This document shows, one piece after another, positions 32,616-42,300 of a DNA stretch of 50,558 bases (positions are counted from its first letter, which is position 1; every line of letters begins with the position of its first letter). This DNA is from a virus (taxonomy: Duplodnaviria > Caudoviricetes): the IMG/VR virus record IMGVR_UViG_3300030392_001100, positions 1 to 50,558 of that record. One strand, written 5' to 3'. The notes below the pieces were generated by a model, which was not told the DNA's origin, did not search any database, and worked only from the letters and a program-made list of their open reading frames with translations. Made by a program: the position numbers and the translations under genes.

Positions 32616-33446
32616 TCACCCTCCCTTGAGCGCCGCGCCCAGCACAGCTTCATCTGTTTGCGGCATATCCATCATATCCGATGCGGGCCCTTCAGGCGTG
32701 GGTTCATCCTGAGGAACTGTCTCACTCAGGATCTCTCGCTCGATGAGATGCGCCACGGCCATCACGGCAGTGATGTAGCGCCTGGTTTCCACTGGCAGGC
32801 TCTCGATCTTGCCTTGTTTGAACCGGCGCACCCGGCCACGGCCAGCCTTGTACGCGGCAGCAACCTCCTGCTGCGTATGAAACCCCATATCATCGAGATG
32901 CTTTAGGTAGTAGAACACGACGGGGCCGGCAGTCTGCGGGTCAAACCGCTTGTCGCTCGGCATCGCGTCCCCGTAGACCTTCCTGCTAGCGCTCGCCCAG
33001 GTCTTTGGCATGAACTGGCCGATGCCCGCCGCCCCAGCACTCGAGACGGTTGGCCCACGAATGAATCGCTCTTCGCCGCCAGTCTCTACGCCCATGATTG
33101 CGAGCGCAAAGAACGGATCAACCCCAGAGCCGGTAGACCACCTCAAGATGTCGTCTCCGTACTTGTGGTAGATCTTCCTCGCGCCCAGAATGCCACTCAC
33201 GATCGATTCTTCAGCGTCCTGTGCGGAAGCCATCTCGTGTGCGACGTCACCGACGTCTTCTTTCTCAAGATCGATCTCTGGGGCGCGCTCATCCAGGATC
33301 GCGTCCAGTTGCGCCTCGCCCCATGAGCCAAGGTCGTCTGACGCATCTGGCGCAGCCCCCGGCAGGCCCTTCTCGAGAATCTCGTCTTCGGTTGTCTCCC
33401 GAACGCTTCTCTGCGGAGCTTCAGCCTCGGCGGTGGCTTGGGGCAC
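32616..33446 (-). CDS. Virion-associated lytic transglycosylase (SLT domain)
   Basis: AIMGVETGG (catalytic Glu), SSAGAAGIGQFMPKT, AAYKAGRGRV, ETRRYI. Confidence 0.9.
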   Translation of the reverse strand: MPQATAEAEAPQRSVRETTEDEILEKGLPGAAPDASDDLGSWGEAQLDAILDERAPEIDLEKEDVGDVAHEMASAQDAEESIVSGILGARKIYHKYGDDILRWSTGSGVDPFFALAIMGVETGGEERFIRGPTVSSAGAAGIGQFMPKTWASASRKVYGDAMPSDKRFDPQTAGPVVFYYLKHLDDMGFHTQQEVAAAYKAGRGRVRRFKQGKIESLPVETRRYITAVMAVAHLIEREILSETVPQDEPTPEGPASDMMDMPQTDEAVLGAALKGG

Positions 33447-33447
33447 G

Positions 33448-34071
33448 CTATACGCTCACGCCGGGCCCGTAGACCCTCTGGTGCCACATATCGGTACCGC
33501 CACCACCACCAGCGGACATGCTTTGCGTCAGAATCTGCTCGTCTGGCGTTGTTGTGCCAGGTTTTCGCGGGCCCTTTGAAGCCAGAGTCTTGCTTGCGCT
33601 GGCCTCACGGCCAGCCTTAGCCTCCATGCCAGCTTGCGCCTCGCCGGTGAGTGCCGCGATGTCTCCCGTCTTGGCCTCTTTTCGCTGGCGCGCAGCCTCT
33701 CTCTTGCGTCCTGCCTTTTTTCCGATTCCAGCGCCAATGCCGGTCGCAAGGGCGGCCGTGCCAAGCAGAATCGCAAGTGGGACGCCAATGCCGGTCGCGG
33801 CTGCCGCCGCACTGCCCGTAGCGAGTCCGCTAAAGATCGCGCCAGAGCCAATTGCGGCCCCGGCTACCCCGGCACCAGCCCCACCAATGCCGGCCCCGAC
33901 GCCAAGACCAGTCAACGCGCCCTTGCCGGCTTCCCTGCGGCCAGCGCTTCTCAGTGGCCCTTCTTTGTAGTACTTGCCGGTCTCTATCTCGTACTCAGAC
34001 GCGCCAGGCTTGGTGGGATATTTGCCTACCCCGCCACCTGGGCTTCTCCTCGCGGTTCTGACTGACGCCAT
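33448..34071 (-). CDS. Glycine-zipper pilot/ejection protein
   Basis: Long Gly/Ala hydrophobic stretch GLGVGAGIGGAGAGVAGAAIGSG...LATGIGAGIG followed by a basic segment. Confidence 0.65.
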   Translation of the reverse strand: MASVRTARRSPGGGVGKYPTKPGASEYEIETGKYYKEGPLRSAGRREAGKGALTGLGVGAGIGGAGAGVAGAAIGSGAIFSGLATGSAAAAATGIGVPLAILLGTAALATGIGAGIGKKAGRKREAARQRKEAKTGDIAALTGEAQAGMEAKAGREASASKTLASKGPRKPGTTTPDEQILTQSMSAGGGGGTDMWHQRVYGPGVSV

Positions 34072-34080
34072 CTCGATCCC

Positions 34081-34995
34081 CTATTCTGGCCAGCCGCCGC
34101 TATCCGGCTCGCGAAAGTTCTGCATATCGACAACCACTGATCGTGAATCTACCACAATCCTCTTCCATCGGTCAGGCGGGTCAGTGTGCGACTTGAACCG
34201 CTTGAGAACCTTAAGCTTGAACTCAACGTTGTGATAACCGGGACCGGCCACAAATACGTGGGTCCACATGAAGTTTTTGTGGACCCACCTCTCCCCGCGT
34301 GACGCGAAGATCCGGCGAACCGTTGTTGCCTCAAGAACGCCGTCAACCCACAACCCAAGCCGTGCGCACTCTATTTTTTCCGGCCCGTATGCCCGCTCCG
34401 CGCCGGTGAGCACCAGAGCTTCCATATCCTTATCCCCATCTGGCTGCGTATCCGTTGGATCAAAGCCGCCAACCTCCCAGGCCGTGCATGAGCCGGTCAC
34501 AATGACATCCCTGTCATCCTCACCGTCTGGCCCACCATCATTGAATATCGTCACCGCCATCCCACGGATGGTCTGCCACGACGCGTGATGTGCGTCATCT
34601 CGATGGGGCCACAGCCTCTGCCGCTGCCACCATCCACGGTTATGAATGTTGATCGCGGACATGGTTGGATCATCTGTTCGGTCATAATGAAACTGCTGCA
34701 TGTGGCTGATGCCGTGGTGAACAGACCGCTGCAGTCTTCCGACTGGAAAAAACCTATGGTGGACAGTCCCGCTCGTTGCCACAATCCTTGGGTCTGGAGA
34801 GCCGTAGAACTCTGGCTTGTAGACATGCTCTTCCTTCACCCAGCGTTGAAGCGCTTTGTTTTCCTCGGTATAGCTCACGTCAGCAATTCTGATCTTTCCG
34901 TTCAGGTAGCGCTCCAATCGGTTGAATTTGATAACAAACGACTCCGGGTCAACAACATCACCCGACGCAAACCTGGCGAGAAAGGAAACAGCCAC
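34081..34995 (-). CDS. Tail-associated protein (trio member 3)
   Basis: N-terminal FASGDVVDPESF...FNRLERYLNG tail-attachment-like motif; C-terminal beta domain (GYHNVEFKL). Confidence 0.65.
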   Translation of the reverse strand: MAVSFLARFASGDVVDPESFVIKFNRLERYLNGKIRIADVSYTEENKALQRWVKEEHVYKPEFYGSPDPRIVATSGTVHHRFFPVGRLQRSVHHGISHMQQFHYDRTDDPTMSAINIHNRGWWQRQRLWPHRDDAHHASWQTIRGMAVTIFNDGGPDGEDDRDVIVTGSCTAWEVGGFDPTDTQPDGDKDMEALVLTGAERAYGPEKIECARLGLWVDGVLEATTVRRIFASRGERWVHKNFMWTHVFVAGPGYHNVEFKLKVLKRFKSHTDPPDRWKRIVVDSRSVVVDMQNFREPDSGGWPE

Positions 34996-34996
34996 G

Positions 34997-35872
34997 CTAC
35001 CTCCGGTAGTTAACGGCGAAGAGGTTGACGTTCATTGCGGACCACCAGAACCTATTGCCTTTTTCGTGCCAGTCTCTGCCATCTACGTACCGCCCCATCA
35101 GCGTGACCCAGACAGGTGTGTTCGTAGCCGTCGCGAGCGTCGTGGGCTCACCCACAGCAAGTTCCGGCGCAAACCCGTGTACAACCGAGTAGGAAAGGCT
35201 CGTAGGGATCGTTTCCTCTGGTGAGCAAACGCCATTAGGCGGATTGCCGATTCCAAACCCGCGACGGGTTGCCACCATAGTGGTCCAGGGGCCGTCTTGG
35301 CTGGCGACTGAGTACCCAAGCGCAAGCTCAACTTGCGGGCAGTACGTTGATCCAGACCCGCCTCGTGGCCTCTGAATCATCATTTCACATGAACAATAAA
35401 GAACCCACCGGTTGTAGTGGTTGTACGCGTCACCACGGTAATCGTTCACTGCGTAGAGCGGGAATGTAAGCCTTGCTGGACGGGAAAATCCAGAGAACGA
35501 GATCGAAGTAGGGGCAAGTCCGGACGGGAAGAGGCCAGGGTAGGCCATATTGACCTGGACCCACCTCGTGGATTGGTCTGGCGGATGGATTGGGGCAAGC
35601 TGGTTGTCTGCGCCCTCTCTGTGCCCAGTCAAGCCTCTCCAGTAAATTGTTGTGTCGCCATCGCTGGAGCTATCCTCCAAGAGCTTGCTTACGTACACTG
35701 CGCGAAGCTTCCCGAGAGCGAAGCTGTCCAGCGCCTCATCTCTTACATTGGAGCCCTTCACCTTTGTCGTTTTTGATTCCCAATTATCCAGGGTCTCATT
35801 TGCCTTGTCCGGATCAAGGTCTGTATTTGTTCCAATCTGGGTGACGGATACATGGTTCGTCGTGTCTGCCAC
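34997..35872 (-). CDS. Tail-associated protein (trio member 2)
   Basis: 291 aa; N-terminal TDLDPDKANETLD...NVRDEALD. Confidence 0.65.
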   Translation of the reverse strand: MADTTNHVSVTQIGTNTDLDPDKANETLDNWESKTTKVKGSNVRDEALDSFALGKLRAVYVSKLLEDSSSDGDTTIYWRGLTGHREGADNQLAPIHPPDQSTRWVQVNMAYPGLFPSGLAPTSISFSGFSRPARLTFPLYAVNDYRGDAYNHYNRWVLYCSCEMMIQRPRGGSGSTYCPQVELALGYSVASQDGPWTTMVATRRGFGIGNPPNGVCSPEETIPTSLSYSVVHGFAPELAVGEPTTLATATNTPVWVTLMGRYVDGRDWHEKGNRFWWSAMNVNLFAVNYRR

Positions 35873-35874
35873 TT

Positions 35875-36603
35875 CTACCTCGTCTTAAAAATAACTAGAA
35901 GCTCTCTGGCGCGAACAGCGAAAATCGCACGCTGGCCCGTGAAGGCTCGCATGTCAAACTCAAGATCCATAAGTACGCCAGCGCGTCCCTCAACTGTGAT
36001 CGTTACCTCTCCAGCCTCTACCGGAGTTGCGCCAGTCATAGCCACGCATTGGTTTGGCCATGCCGCTGAATGCTTGCCAGAGTTCGCAACTTCAGTTCCG
36101 TTTACCACAATACGAAAGTTCGCAAATTTTGATGCCCTCTGATAAAAATCCTCGTTGGCGAAGTAGTCAATTTTCTTACCAACGACATTTGGCGCGTAGT
36201 TCGGCTCCCCCTCCAGCCAACCAGTCCAGTGCGCAATAATCATCCCTTCGGTCTTGGCCGTGAACTTCACCTGCCCCAGTCGGCTGTCGTCCGTCGTCGA
36301 ATCAATATCCGATTGTTTTGCGGCCCACTCAGCGCTTCCATACCGAAAGAAAAACTTGTCCGCTTCCGCTGCGGTGTATGCGTCTGATTCAATTTTATGA
36401 AAGCACGTCAGCGCGATATTTTTGGTGGTCCACGGCTCCGTGTACTCTTCTACCTGCATCGGCATCAGCAGATTTGATGGAAGGTTGTCACGATCCAGCC
36501 TTCCGTTGAACTCTCCAGCATAGTCCATGTGATTCTGGACCCAGGTATCCGGGTGAACCACTTCACCGGATACAATCGGAACCTTTCTGAACCGCCAAGC
36601 CAC
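35875..36603 (-). CDS. Tail-associated protein (trio member 1)
   Basis: SGEVVHPDTW...EFNGRLDRDNLP N-terminus; VEAGEVTITVEGR beta domain. Confidence 0.65.
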   Translation of the reverse strand: MAWRFRKVPIVSGEVVHPDTWVQNHMDYAGEFNGRLDRDNLPSNLLMPMQVEEYTEPWTTKNIALTCFHKIESDAYTAAEADKFFFRYGSAEWAAKQSDIDSTTDDSRLGQVKFTAKTEGMIIAHWTGWLEGEPNYAPNVVGKKIDYFANEDFYQRASKFANFRIVVNGTEVANSGKHSAAWPNQCVAMTGATPVEAGEVTITVEGRAGVLMDLEFDMRAFTGQRAIFAVRARELLVIFKTR

Positions 36604-36605
36604 CT

Positions 36606-38915
36606 CTATCTCCGGTTTACGCCAAGAACGTCTGTAAGTGGTTTGATGCGCCGCTGCTCACCAAGCTTGCCCTCGATTTCGTAGCCAACAAGTTGAACGC
36701 TATCCTGTGCCTTGAAGCTGAAAGCAAGCTCACGCACAACGCCTTCGTGCATCGCGCTGATGTCATACCTGATACAGATGGGCCTGTGGTACCCCCACTT
36801 TCCAGTGCCCCAAACAGCGGAGTTAAAGGTCTGAAGTGGCTCAAGAAGCTCCTGCTGTTTCCTCGTCTTATCGGCATCAAGCGAGAAGTTCTCGGAGCGG
36901 TTCACCTGGAAGTTCACCTCCAGCTTCGTGTCCCCGTAGCCAATCACGTAAGCGTTCAGATATGCGGGAACGAAGTGTCCGAACTTTGATCCAAAGTCGT
37001 GATCAACAGACACATACTCGGATTCAACCGCCGTATCTCCTAGGATCGCGTTTTGGCCCAACGAATACACACGGATGCCGGGATTTGTTTTCTCCCTGGA
37101 GTTGGTGCCATAGGTGAGGTACCCGCGATGATCTCTCGTCTCCACCATGCAGCCGATATTAAATCCGGTCCGGTAGCTCCACTCCCCGATCTCTCCGTGG
37201 AAGATAAGTACCAGGTCGTTTTCAGAGCTACTGACTGTTGGGACAGCCAGCCAGTACTCTTTGTCGCGGCGGTAGTAGACTCCGGTGGCATTCTCGGCAG
37301 CAGAGAAGTTGATCTGCTTCATTAGCTCTGGGATGGCCTCGCTGAGATGAATCACCTGGGTGGGACTGCCCTCGTTTTCAAGCGCGCCCTCCAGCATCAT
37401 CACGCCACCCTCAGACAAAAACACGGTCCCCTTGCCCGGCAGTTCAGCAATGCTGTTGGCGGCGCAACACCCAGCGTCCCTGGTTAGCGTCTGCGCAAAG
37501 AACCCGTTTTCTGGGTCCCCCTTCACCAGATAGATCGCTTTCTGCTTGAACACAACGAGTGCGTTTTTGGTTGAGCGCATTCCAGTGATTGGGCCGGACT
37601 CACTGTTTCCAATCTCAATGGTGTTGTTGATCGGAAATACCTCTGGGTGCATCGGACGACTGTACATCAGCTTATTGTCCGAGGTCCCGGCAATGAACAT
37701 CGTGTTCTTGAACGATGCCAGGAGTCTGGCGTTCGTTGGCCAGTTGCCAAAATCCTCCTCGTCTACAACCCCGCCAAGGGATGTATCTGGAACGGCATCC
37801 TCAAATGACCTGCAGGCGTTGTCCTGAAGTTCCTGCAGGAAGTAATAGTGGAATCCCTCGCCCAGATTTGCTGGACGGCCCCGGATGTCGAGCATGTCCT
37901 GGGTTCGATACAGTCGTCGAGCGACCGTGCCAGGCGGGCCGACCGGTATTTGAACGGTAATGAACCTGCGGCCGACTTCGTTGTTTCGCTTCGCGTCGAA
38001 GACATCGACGCTTGGCTCCCAGAAGCACTTGGCTCTGACGCTATTGGAGGGAGGGGATAGCGGGCTCTCTTGTCCGCGCTCATTGATAAAGCTGACACGG
38101 TAGCGCCACAGGTTCCATTTGTCGCCACGGCTCAGTGGGGAACGCCCTTCTTTGCCGCCAGTGGTACTACCGACCTCACCGACCGTACCCATGCCATAGG
38201 CAAGGTCTGTGGTCCAGTAGCCGTGCCATTCCTTGTCGTTCGATTCTTTTTCAAAGCGAACAAGACTTGCGACTGGGGCGGACGGCTGGGAACCATAGCC
38301 AGCGCGCGAAGTCTTTACTCCATCGAACACGACCGGCTCATCATACCCGTTTACCAGATAGAGCCGGTCCGCCCAGGCGACCGACTGGGTCCTGATGGTG
38401 GGCGTGTCAAGAATCGTTCTGCTCTGCCCAGTGTCTGCATCCCACTTCTCCGGCCCATTGGTTGCGCCGCTAGCCGTCTCCGACGGAGTCTTCACGGATT
38501 CGTAGGCCTTCGCGAGAAGCAGATCCTTCCAAGGGTTGCCGTCTTTGAATGTGGTGCCTTCTGTGCTTATCCCTGGGCCCCATAGCGCACGCAATTGGCC
38601 ATCTGCGGTCTCCCAGATCAGCCACTGCCGTGCGCCGTTGTGCTGCGCAAACCAATGGAGGGACACGATCTCTTGATCGTCTGTCTTGAACGGGTCCTCT
38701 TCCTCGGAGCTACCCTCTTCAGGCTCACCGGCGGTCGGATTGATGGACTGTGACGGGCTTGTCGGTTGCGCCAGGCTTCTGTCACCGCCAGAGCGTGTCC
38801 AGCCATCTCGCGGATCCCACCTCATGTTTTTCACAGAGGATGCGCGTGACGATTCTGGCTTCCAGCGCTCGTCCATGCCGCGCAGCTTCAAAATCTGAAA
38901 AGCTTGGGTCAGCAT
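36606..38915 (-). CDS. Tail nozzle / stabilisation protein (tubular-B or P22 gp10-like beta-propeller)
   Basis: 769 aa; LYLVNG, LVVFKQKAIY, GCCAANSI, VFLSEGGV propeller-type motifs; follows the adaptor gene. Confidence 0.7.
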   Translation of the reverse strand: MLTQAFQILKLRGMDERWKPESSRASSVKNMRWDPRDGWTRSGGDRSLAQPTSPSQSINPTAGEPEEGSSEEEDPFKTDDQEIVSLHWFAQHNGARQWLIWETADGQLRALWGPGISTEGTTFKDGNPWKDLLLAKAYESVKTPSETASGATNGPEKWDADTGQSRTILDTPTIRTQSVAWADRLYLVNGYDEPVVFDGVKTSRAGYGSQPSAPVASLVRFEKESNDKEWHGYWTTDLAYGMGTVGEVGSTTGGKEGRSPLSRGDKWNLWRYRVSFINERGQESPLSPPSNSVRAKCFWEPSVDVFDAKRNNEVGRRFITVQIPVGPPGTVARRLYRTQDMLDIRGRPANLGEGFHYYFLQELQDNACRSFEDAVPDTSLGGVVDEEDFGNWPTNARLLASFKNTMFIAGTSDNKLMYSRPMHPEVFPINNTIEIGNSESGPITGMRSTKNALVVFKQKAIYLVKGDPENGFFAQTLTRDAGCCAANSIAELPGKGTVFLSEGGVMMLEGALENEGSPTQVIHLSEAIPELMKQINFSAAENATGVYYRRDKEYWLAVPTVSSSENDLVLIFHGEIGEWSYRTGFNIGCMVETRDHRGYLTYGTNSREKTNPGIRVYSLGQNAILGDTAVESEYVSVDHDFGSKFGHFVPAYLNAYVIGYGDTKLEVNFQVNRSENFSLDADKTRKQQELLEPLQTFNSAVWGTGKWGYHRPICIRYDISAMHEGVVRELAFSFKAQDSVQLVGYEIEGKLGEQRRIKPLTDVLGVNRR

Positions 38916-38918
38916 GGC

Positions 38919-40385
38919 TTAGCTCTTGCTTGGAATGCCCCACCGCTCACGATTGCGGTAGGAAAACAGGCTGCGTTCGAAGCTGCCGCGAATGTAGGGT
39001 CGGTCAGTGCGGCTGAGGTACTTGTCCTTCATTCGCTTAAGTAGCTCGATTGCGCGGCGTTCGTAGGTCCCAGCCTGACTATTCATGCCGTGCATCAGGC
39101 ACAGGTCCTCCAGGACCTTGTAAACGAGCAGGTGGTGGTACTGGCCGGGCCAGAGAGGCTGGTCGCCGTCAGCAGACATTCTGGTGGGCCTGACGGCGTA
39201 GCGGACCTCGACCTTCTTGTCGGTATCCGGCGTTCGATAGGCGCGCAGGTACTGGCGTGGGCCTGGCTCATCCAGGGTGTTGAGCATTTGATAGCGGTCG
39301 ATCTTTGGGTGCGTGCCCACTTGAGCCCAGTCCAAGTAGGACGTGGCACCAGAATCAAGATCAGCAATGTACATCCAGGACCCAGCAAACTGGTAAGGAG
39401 CAAACACTTCTATGGAGCCGGTAGGATCGTCCAACACAATCCGCCGATAGAGCCGCTTTCTTCGTCCGCTATCGTATCCTAAGGTTGTGCTGGTGCTGGA
39501 CAGATGATCGTTGTACAGCATTCCAGTGACGTAAACGCCGAAGCCGGAGCTTCCATCATTTGTGTACTCTGCCACAGGGGATGGCGATGATTCGCGTCCC
39601 GCAAACACGCTGGTGTAGCAGTACTGAACGGACTTCACCCGAGAACTAAAGAGCACGGCCCCGTCAGTGGGGTCGGGGGTGCCGGTGACGGGTTCACGCT
39701 TCGTCAGAACCGGCGCGATGCCTGGCGACGGATCCACATTCGTCATCTCCTCCACCAGCACGATCGAGTCGCCGGTGTTGTCCCGGTCCAGGTAGAGAAG
39801 CTCTTCCTTCTTGGCGTCGATGAATACCAGGCGACCGCGATCGTCGCCTCGAGAGGTGACCCCAAGAATCTCAACGCTGTCGCGCGGCATGGCGTACTTG
39901 CGGTACTGGATCTTCCAGTCCGAGCTTCGCGTGGTGCTAAGAGAGCCTGGAAGCTCATCTGAGCCAGCAAGTGGCTCGACATACAAGCTGTCGGTAAGAC
40001 CCTCGGACTGCGTGATCAGAAACTCGTGGTCAACATCAGAGATGGTCACAACGAGCGTCTGGCCATCGGTGGCAGCCTTGTCCAAGAACGTGGGCGTGGT
40101 GACCGCAGAACCGCCCGTAGAGGCCTCGTAGAACTCAACCTTGCGTGGGTTGCTGCTGTCACGCTGCAAATACAGCGTAGAGCCGGCAGCGGACGCTGTA
40201 GCCGCCGCAACGTCGGGCCTGAGCGTCAGGTCCGCTTTCTTCTGCATGAACAGCCAGGGGTACTGGCTGGAGATCTGCAGGTAGTGCCGATTGATGACAC
40301 GAGAGACGATGTCCCGGTACTGCTTGAGGTCGGGGTTGTAATCAAGCTGAGCGTTGATCTCTTCTCTGAGTTCTTTGAGATTCAC
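38919..40385 (-). CDS. Head-tail adaptor (tubular-A-like) with inserted beta domains
   Basis: MNLKELREEI...INRHYLQI...YPWLF N-terminus and VRYAVRP...DQPLWPGQYHHLLVY C-terminus. Confidence 0.7.
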   Translation of the reverse strand: MNLKELREEINAQLDYNPDLKQYRDIVSRVINRHYLQISSQYPWLFMQKKADLTLRPDVAAATASAAGSTLYLQRDSSNPRKVEFYEASTGGSAVTTPTFLDKAATDGQTLVVTISDVDHEFLITQSEGLTDSLYVEPLAGSDELPGSLSTTRSSDWKIQYRKYAMPRDSVEILGVTSRGDDRGRLVFIDAKKEELLYLDRDNTGDSIVLVEEMTNVDPSPGIAPVLTKREPVTGTPDPTDGAVLFSSRVKSVQYCYTSVFAGRESSPSPVAEYTNDGSSGFGVYVTGMLYNDHLSSTSTTLGYDSGRRKRLYRRIVLDDPTGSIEVFAPYQFAGSWMYIADLDSGATSYLDWAQVGTHPKIDRYQMLNTLDEPGPRQYLRAYRTPDTDKKVEVRYAVRPTRMSADGDQPLWPGQYHHLLVYKVLEDLCLMHGMNSQAGTYERRAIELLKRMKDKYLSRTDRPYIRGSFERSLFSYRNRERWGIPSKS

Positions 40386-40394
40386 GGCACCCCC

Positions 40395-40439
40395 AAAAAG
40401 AAACCGGCGACTGAGGTTGATTGTACCCCAGCCGCCGGT
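40395..40439 (-). terminator. Rho-independent terminator after the capsid/decoration genes
   Basis: ACCGGCGGCTGGGGT-acaatca-ACCTCAGTCGCCGGT (15 bp) followed by TTCTTTTT. Confidence 0.85.
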
Positions 40440-40470
40440 AATGGGCGCAGGGCCCGGTAGCGAAAATGGC

Positions 40471-41148
40471 TTAGAAGAGGCCTTGATCGAGAATCATGAC
40501 ATCAGCCGCGCCAGCAGTATCGGCCTCAAGAGCGTATGCGATCTTGTTGAGGTTACGACGCCAGGTAACGATGACATAATCACCGGTATCAGCGGTCGCT
40601 GTAGCAGCACTCTGAACATTGCCATCACTTGTGACGGTCACATCAGTAAGATTTACCATAGTTCCAGAGGCTGTACTTAGGTCATGGTGAAGACAACTGA
40701 CAACTTCATCTGTTGTCAGAATGCCAGTAACCGCAATGTTGTTGGCAGCGGCAGATCCAGGGTCTACCGTGAACACGTTGATACCAGCGTATGCTTCAGC
40801 AGCGGGGTAAGCAGTACCGGCAACAATCGATGCATACAGAGAGTCACCAATAACGGTGCTTGTATGAACGGTTGCATCAGTGAACCGACCAGCAGTCTGC
40901 ACTTTGCAACGCCCACCAGCAGCGGCAGCTTCAGTAGCGAAACCAAGCGCAATGGGCTGACCGCCACCAGCAGTAGCATCAGTAGTTACGTCTGCTGGAC
41001 GGATAGAAGCGCCAACACCATTAGTGGAATCACTAAGGTCAAGTGCAACAAGCATGCCCTTTGTGACCGCTTCGCTAGCGTAAAGCGTTACGAACTTCCT
41101 TGGAAAATTATTGGTGCCATCAACACCATCAATCTTATGAATTGCCAT
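40471..41148 (-). CDS. Capsid decoration/cement protein (DUF2190-like) with inserted domain
   Basis: ASEAVTKGMLVAL...LGFATEAAAAG...KVQTAG...IAYALEADTAGAADVMI; directly after the MCP; GGAGG SD. Confidence 0.7.
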   Translation of the reverse strand: MAIHKIDGVDGTNNFPRKFVTLYASEAVTKGMLVALDLSDSTNGVGASIRPADVTTDATAGGGQPIALGFATEAAAAGGRCKVQTAGRFTDATVHTSTVIGDSLYASIVAGTAYPAAEAYAGINVFTVDPGSAAANNIAVTGILTTDEVVSCLHHDLSTASGTMVNLTDVTVTSDGNVQSAATATADTGDYVIVTWRRNLNKIAYALEADTAGAADVMILDQGLF

Positions 41149-41185
41149 TTTGTCCTCCCTCTTTTGACTTTATGGCTATGAAGTA

Positions 41186-41212
41186 GGGTGGAGGCCAACA
41201 CGACCCCCACCC
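41186..41212 (-). terminator. Hairpin after the MCP stop (weak terminator or mRNA stabiliser)
   Basis: GGGTGGGGGTC-gtgtt-GGCCTCCACCC, 11 bp, no long U tract. Confidence 0.5.
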
Positions 41213-41224
41213 AATCAAGTTGAC

Positions 41225-42274
41225 CTAGAAGGTTTCGAGGTCGATGGCCAGTCCAGCGCCCGCAAGGGAGCGGCAGATAAGCTGGCCACGGCAACGAATC
41301 TTCGCGGAACGAACGTCGTACTCACCCGAGACAGTCTCGAAGTCGCTCATGTCGAAGTACCCCTTCGGGTCCCACAGCATGTGAATGTCTTCAAGGTTCA
41401 GGAACATGAAGCTCGCGGGGTCAGCCGTACTGCCGGGAGTACCGCCAGCGTTCGGCATGAACCGCTCGACATCGATCTGGATACCATCCCAGTACTCGAC
41501 CAGGCGACCGCCATCGATCTTGTCCTGAGACACGTACCGCTCCTGGGCAGACAGAGAGCGCTTCAGGTTCTTGAAGCCCTCGCGGGATGCCAGGATGACG
41601 TTCGGCTGGTTTCCGCCCTTGGATGCAATCTCAACCTTGAGGTCGTACAGGCCGGCAAGACCGTTCGAGTTGAAGGAAGCAGCGCCATCGTAGAAGCTCT
41701 GCTGCCAACCAGTCTTGTCCTGGAAGCTCGACTTGATCACACCGCCAACCGTGTTGGTTTGCGAACCGTCAGCGCGGTGCTCCAGGAAGCCCGTGGTGTT
41801 GTCGATACCGTTGAGCGTCTCCCAGTCGTCCCAACCAGTCACGCTGCCCTGCACGATCTGCTGGCAGAACTGACGCTTGAGAGCGTTGGCAGTCATCTTC
41901 ACCCGGCTCTCCAGGATCGAGATGATGGCGGACTCGCCAGCGTTGATCATCTCTTCCTCAGAGGAGATGGCAACCGGACGAACAACGTGACCCCAGTTGA
42001 ACACTGCGGGCTCGAACACGTCCTCGACGCTCAGGTCGATGCGCTCAAAACCGGTCTGCATACGAGTGGTCTTCGAGTGCTCGCCCATTCCGAGAGGAAT
42101 CACGATTCGAGTTCCACCAGCCTGGGTGGGACCTCCTGCACCGTGAACACGCTCGTGTGCATCAAGAAAAGCAGTGGCTTCCGAGACGTTGTCTCGCCAC
42201 TCCTTCATCAGGATGTGCATAGTCGTGGAAAGCAGTTCGTTTCCAATATTGTTGAGTGCTGAACTGGTGGCCAT
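41225..42274 (-). CDS. Major capsid protein
   Basis: 349 aa after the scaffold; GGTRIVIPL, LNGID, TVGGVIKSS...WQ, PNVILAS, CRGQLIC pattern; strongly C/G-ending codons. Confidence 0.85.
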   Translation of the reverse strand: MATSSALNNIGNELLSTTMHILMKEWRDNVSEATAFLDAHERVHGAGGPTQAGGTRIVIPLGMGEHSKTTRMQTGFERIDLSVEDVFEPAVFNWGHVVRPVAISSEEEMINAGESAIISILESRVKMTANALKRQFCQQIVQGSVTGWDDWETLNGIDNTTGFLEHRADGSQTNTVGGVIKSSFQDKTGWQQSFYDGAASFNSNGLAGLYDLKVEIASKGGNQPNVILASREGFKNLKRSLSAQERYVSQDKIDGGRLVEYWDGIQIDVERFMPNAGGTPGSTADPASFMFLNLEDIHMLWDPKGYFDMSDFETVSGEYDVRSAKIRCRGQLICRSLAGAGLAIDLETF

Positions 42275-42300
42275 TTTGGGGCGCTCCTACAGGGGGTTTT

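Noticed and set aside
41381-42262. 293-aa + strand ORF, and similar ones such as 9933-10688, 16378-17082 and 30986-31702
   Set aside because: Antisense shadows of well-supported minus-strand genes in GC-rich DNA, with no motifs or SD
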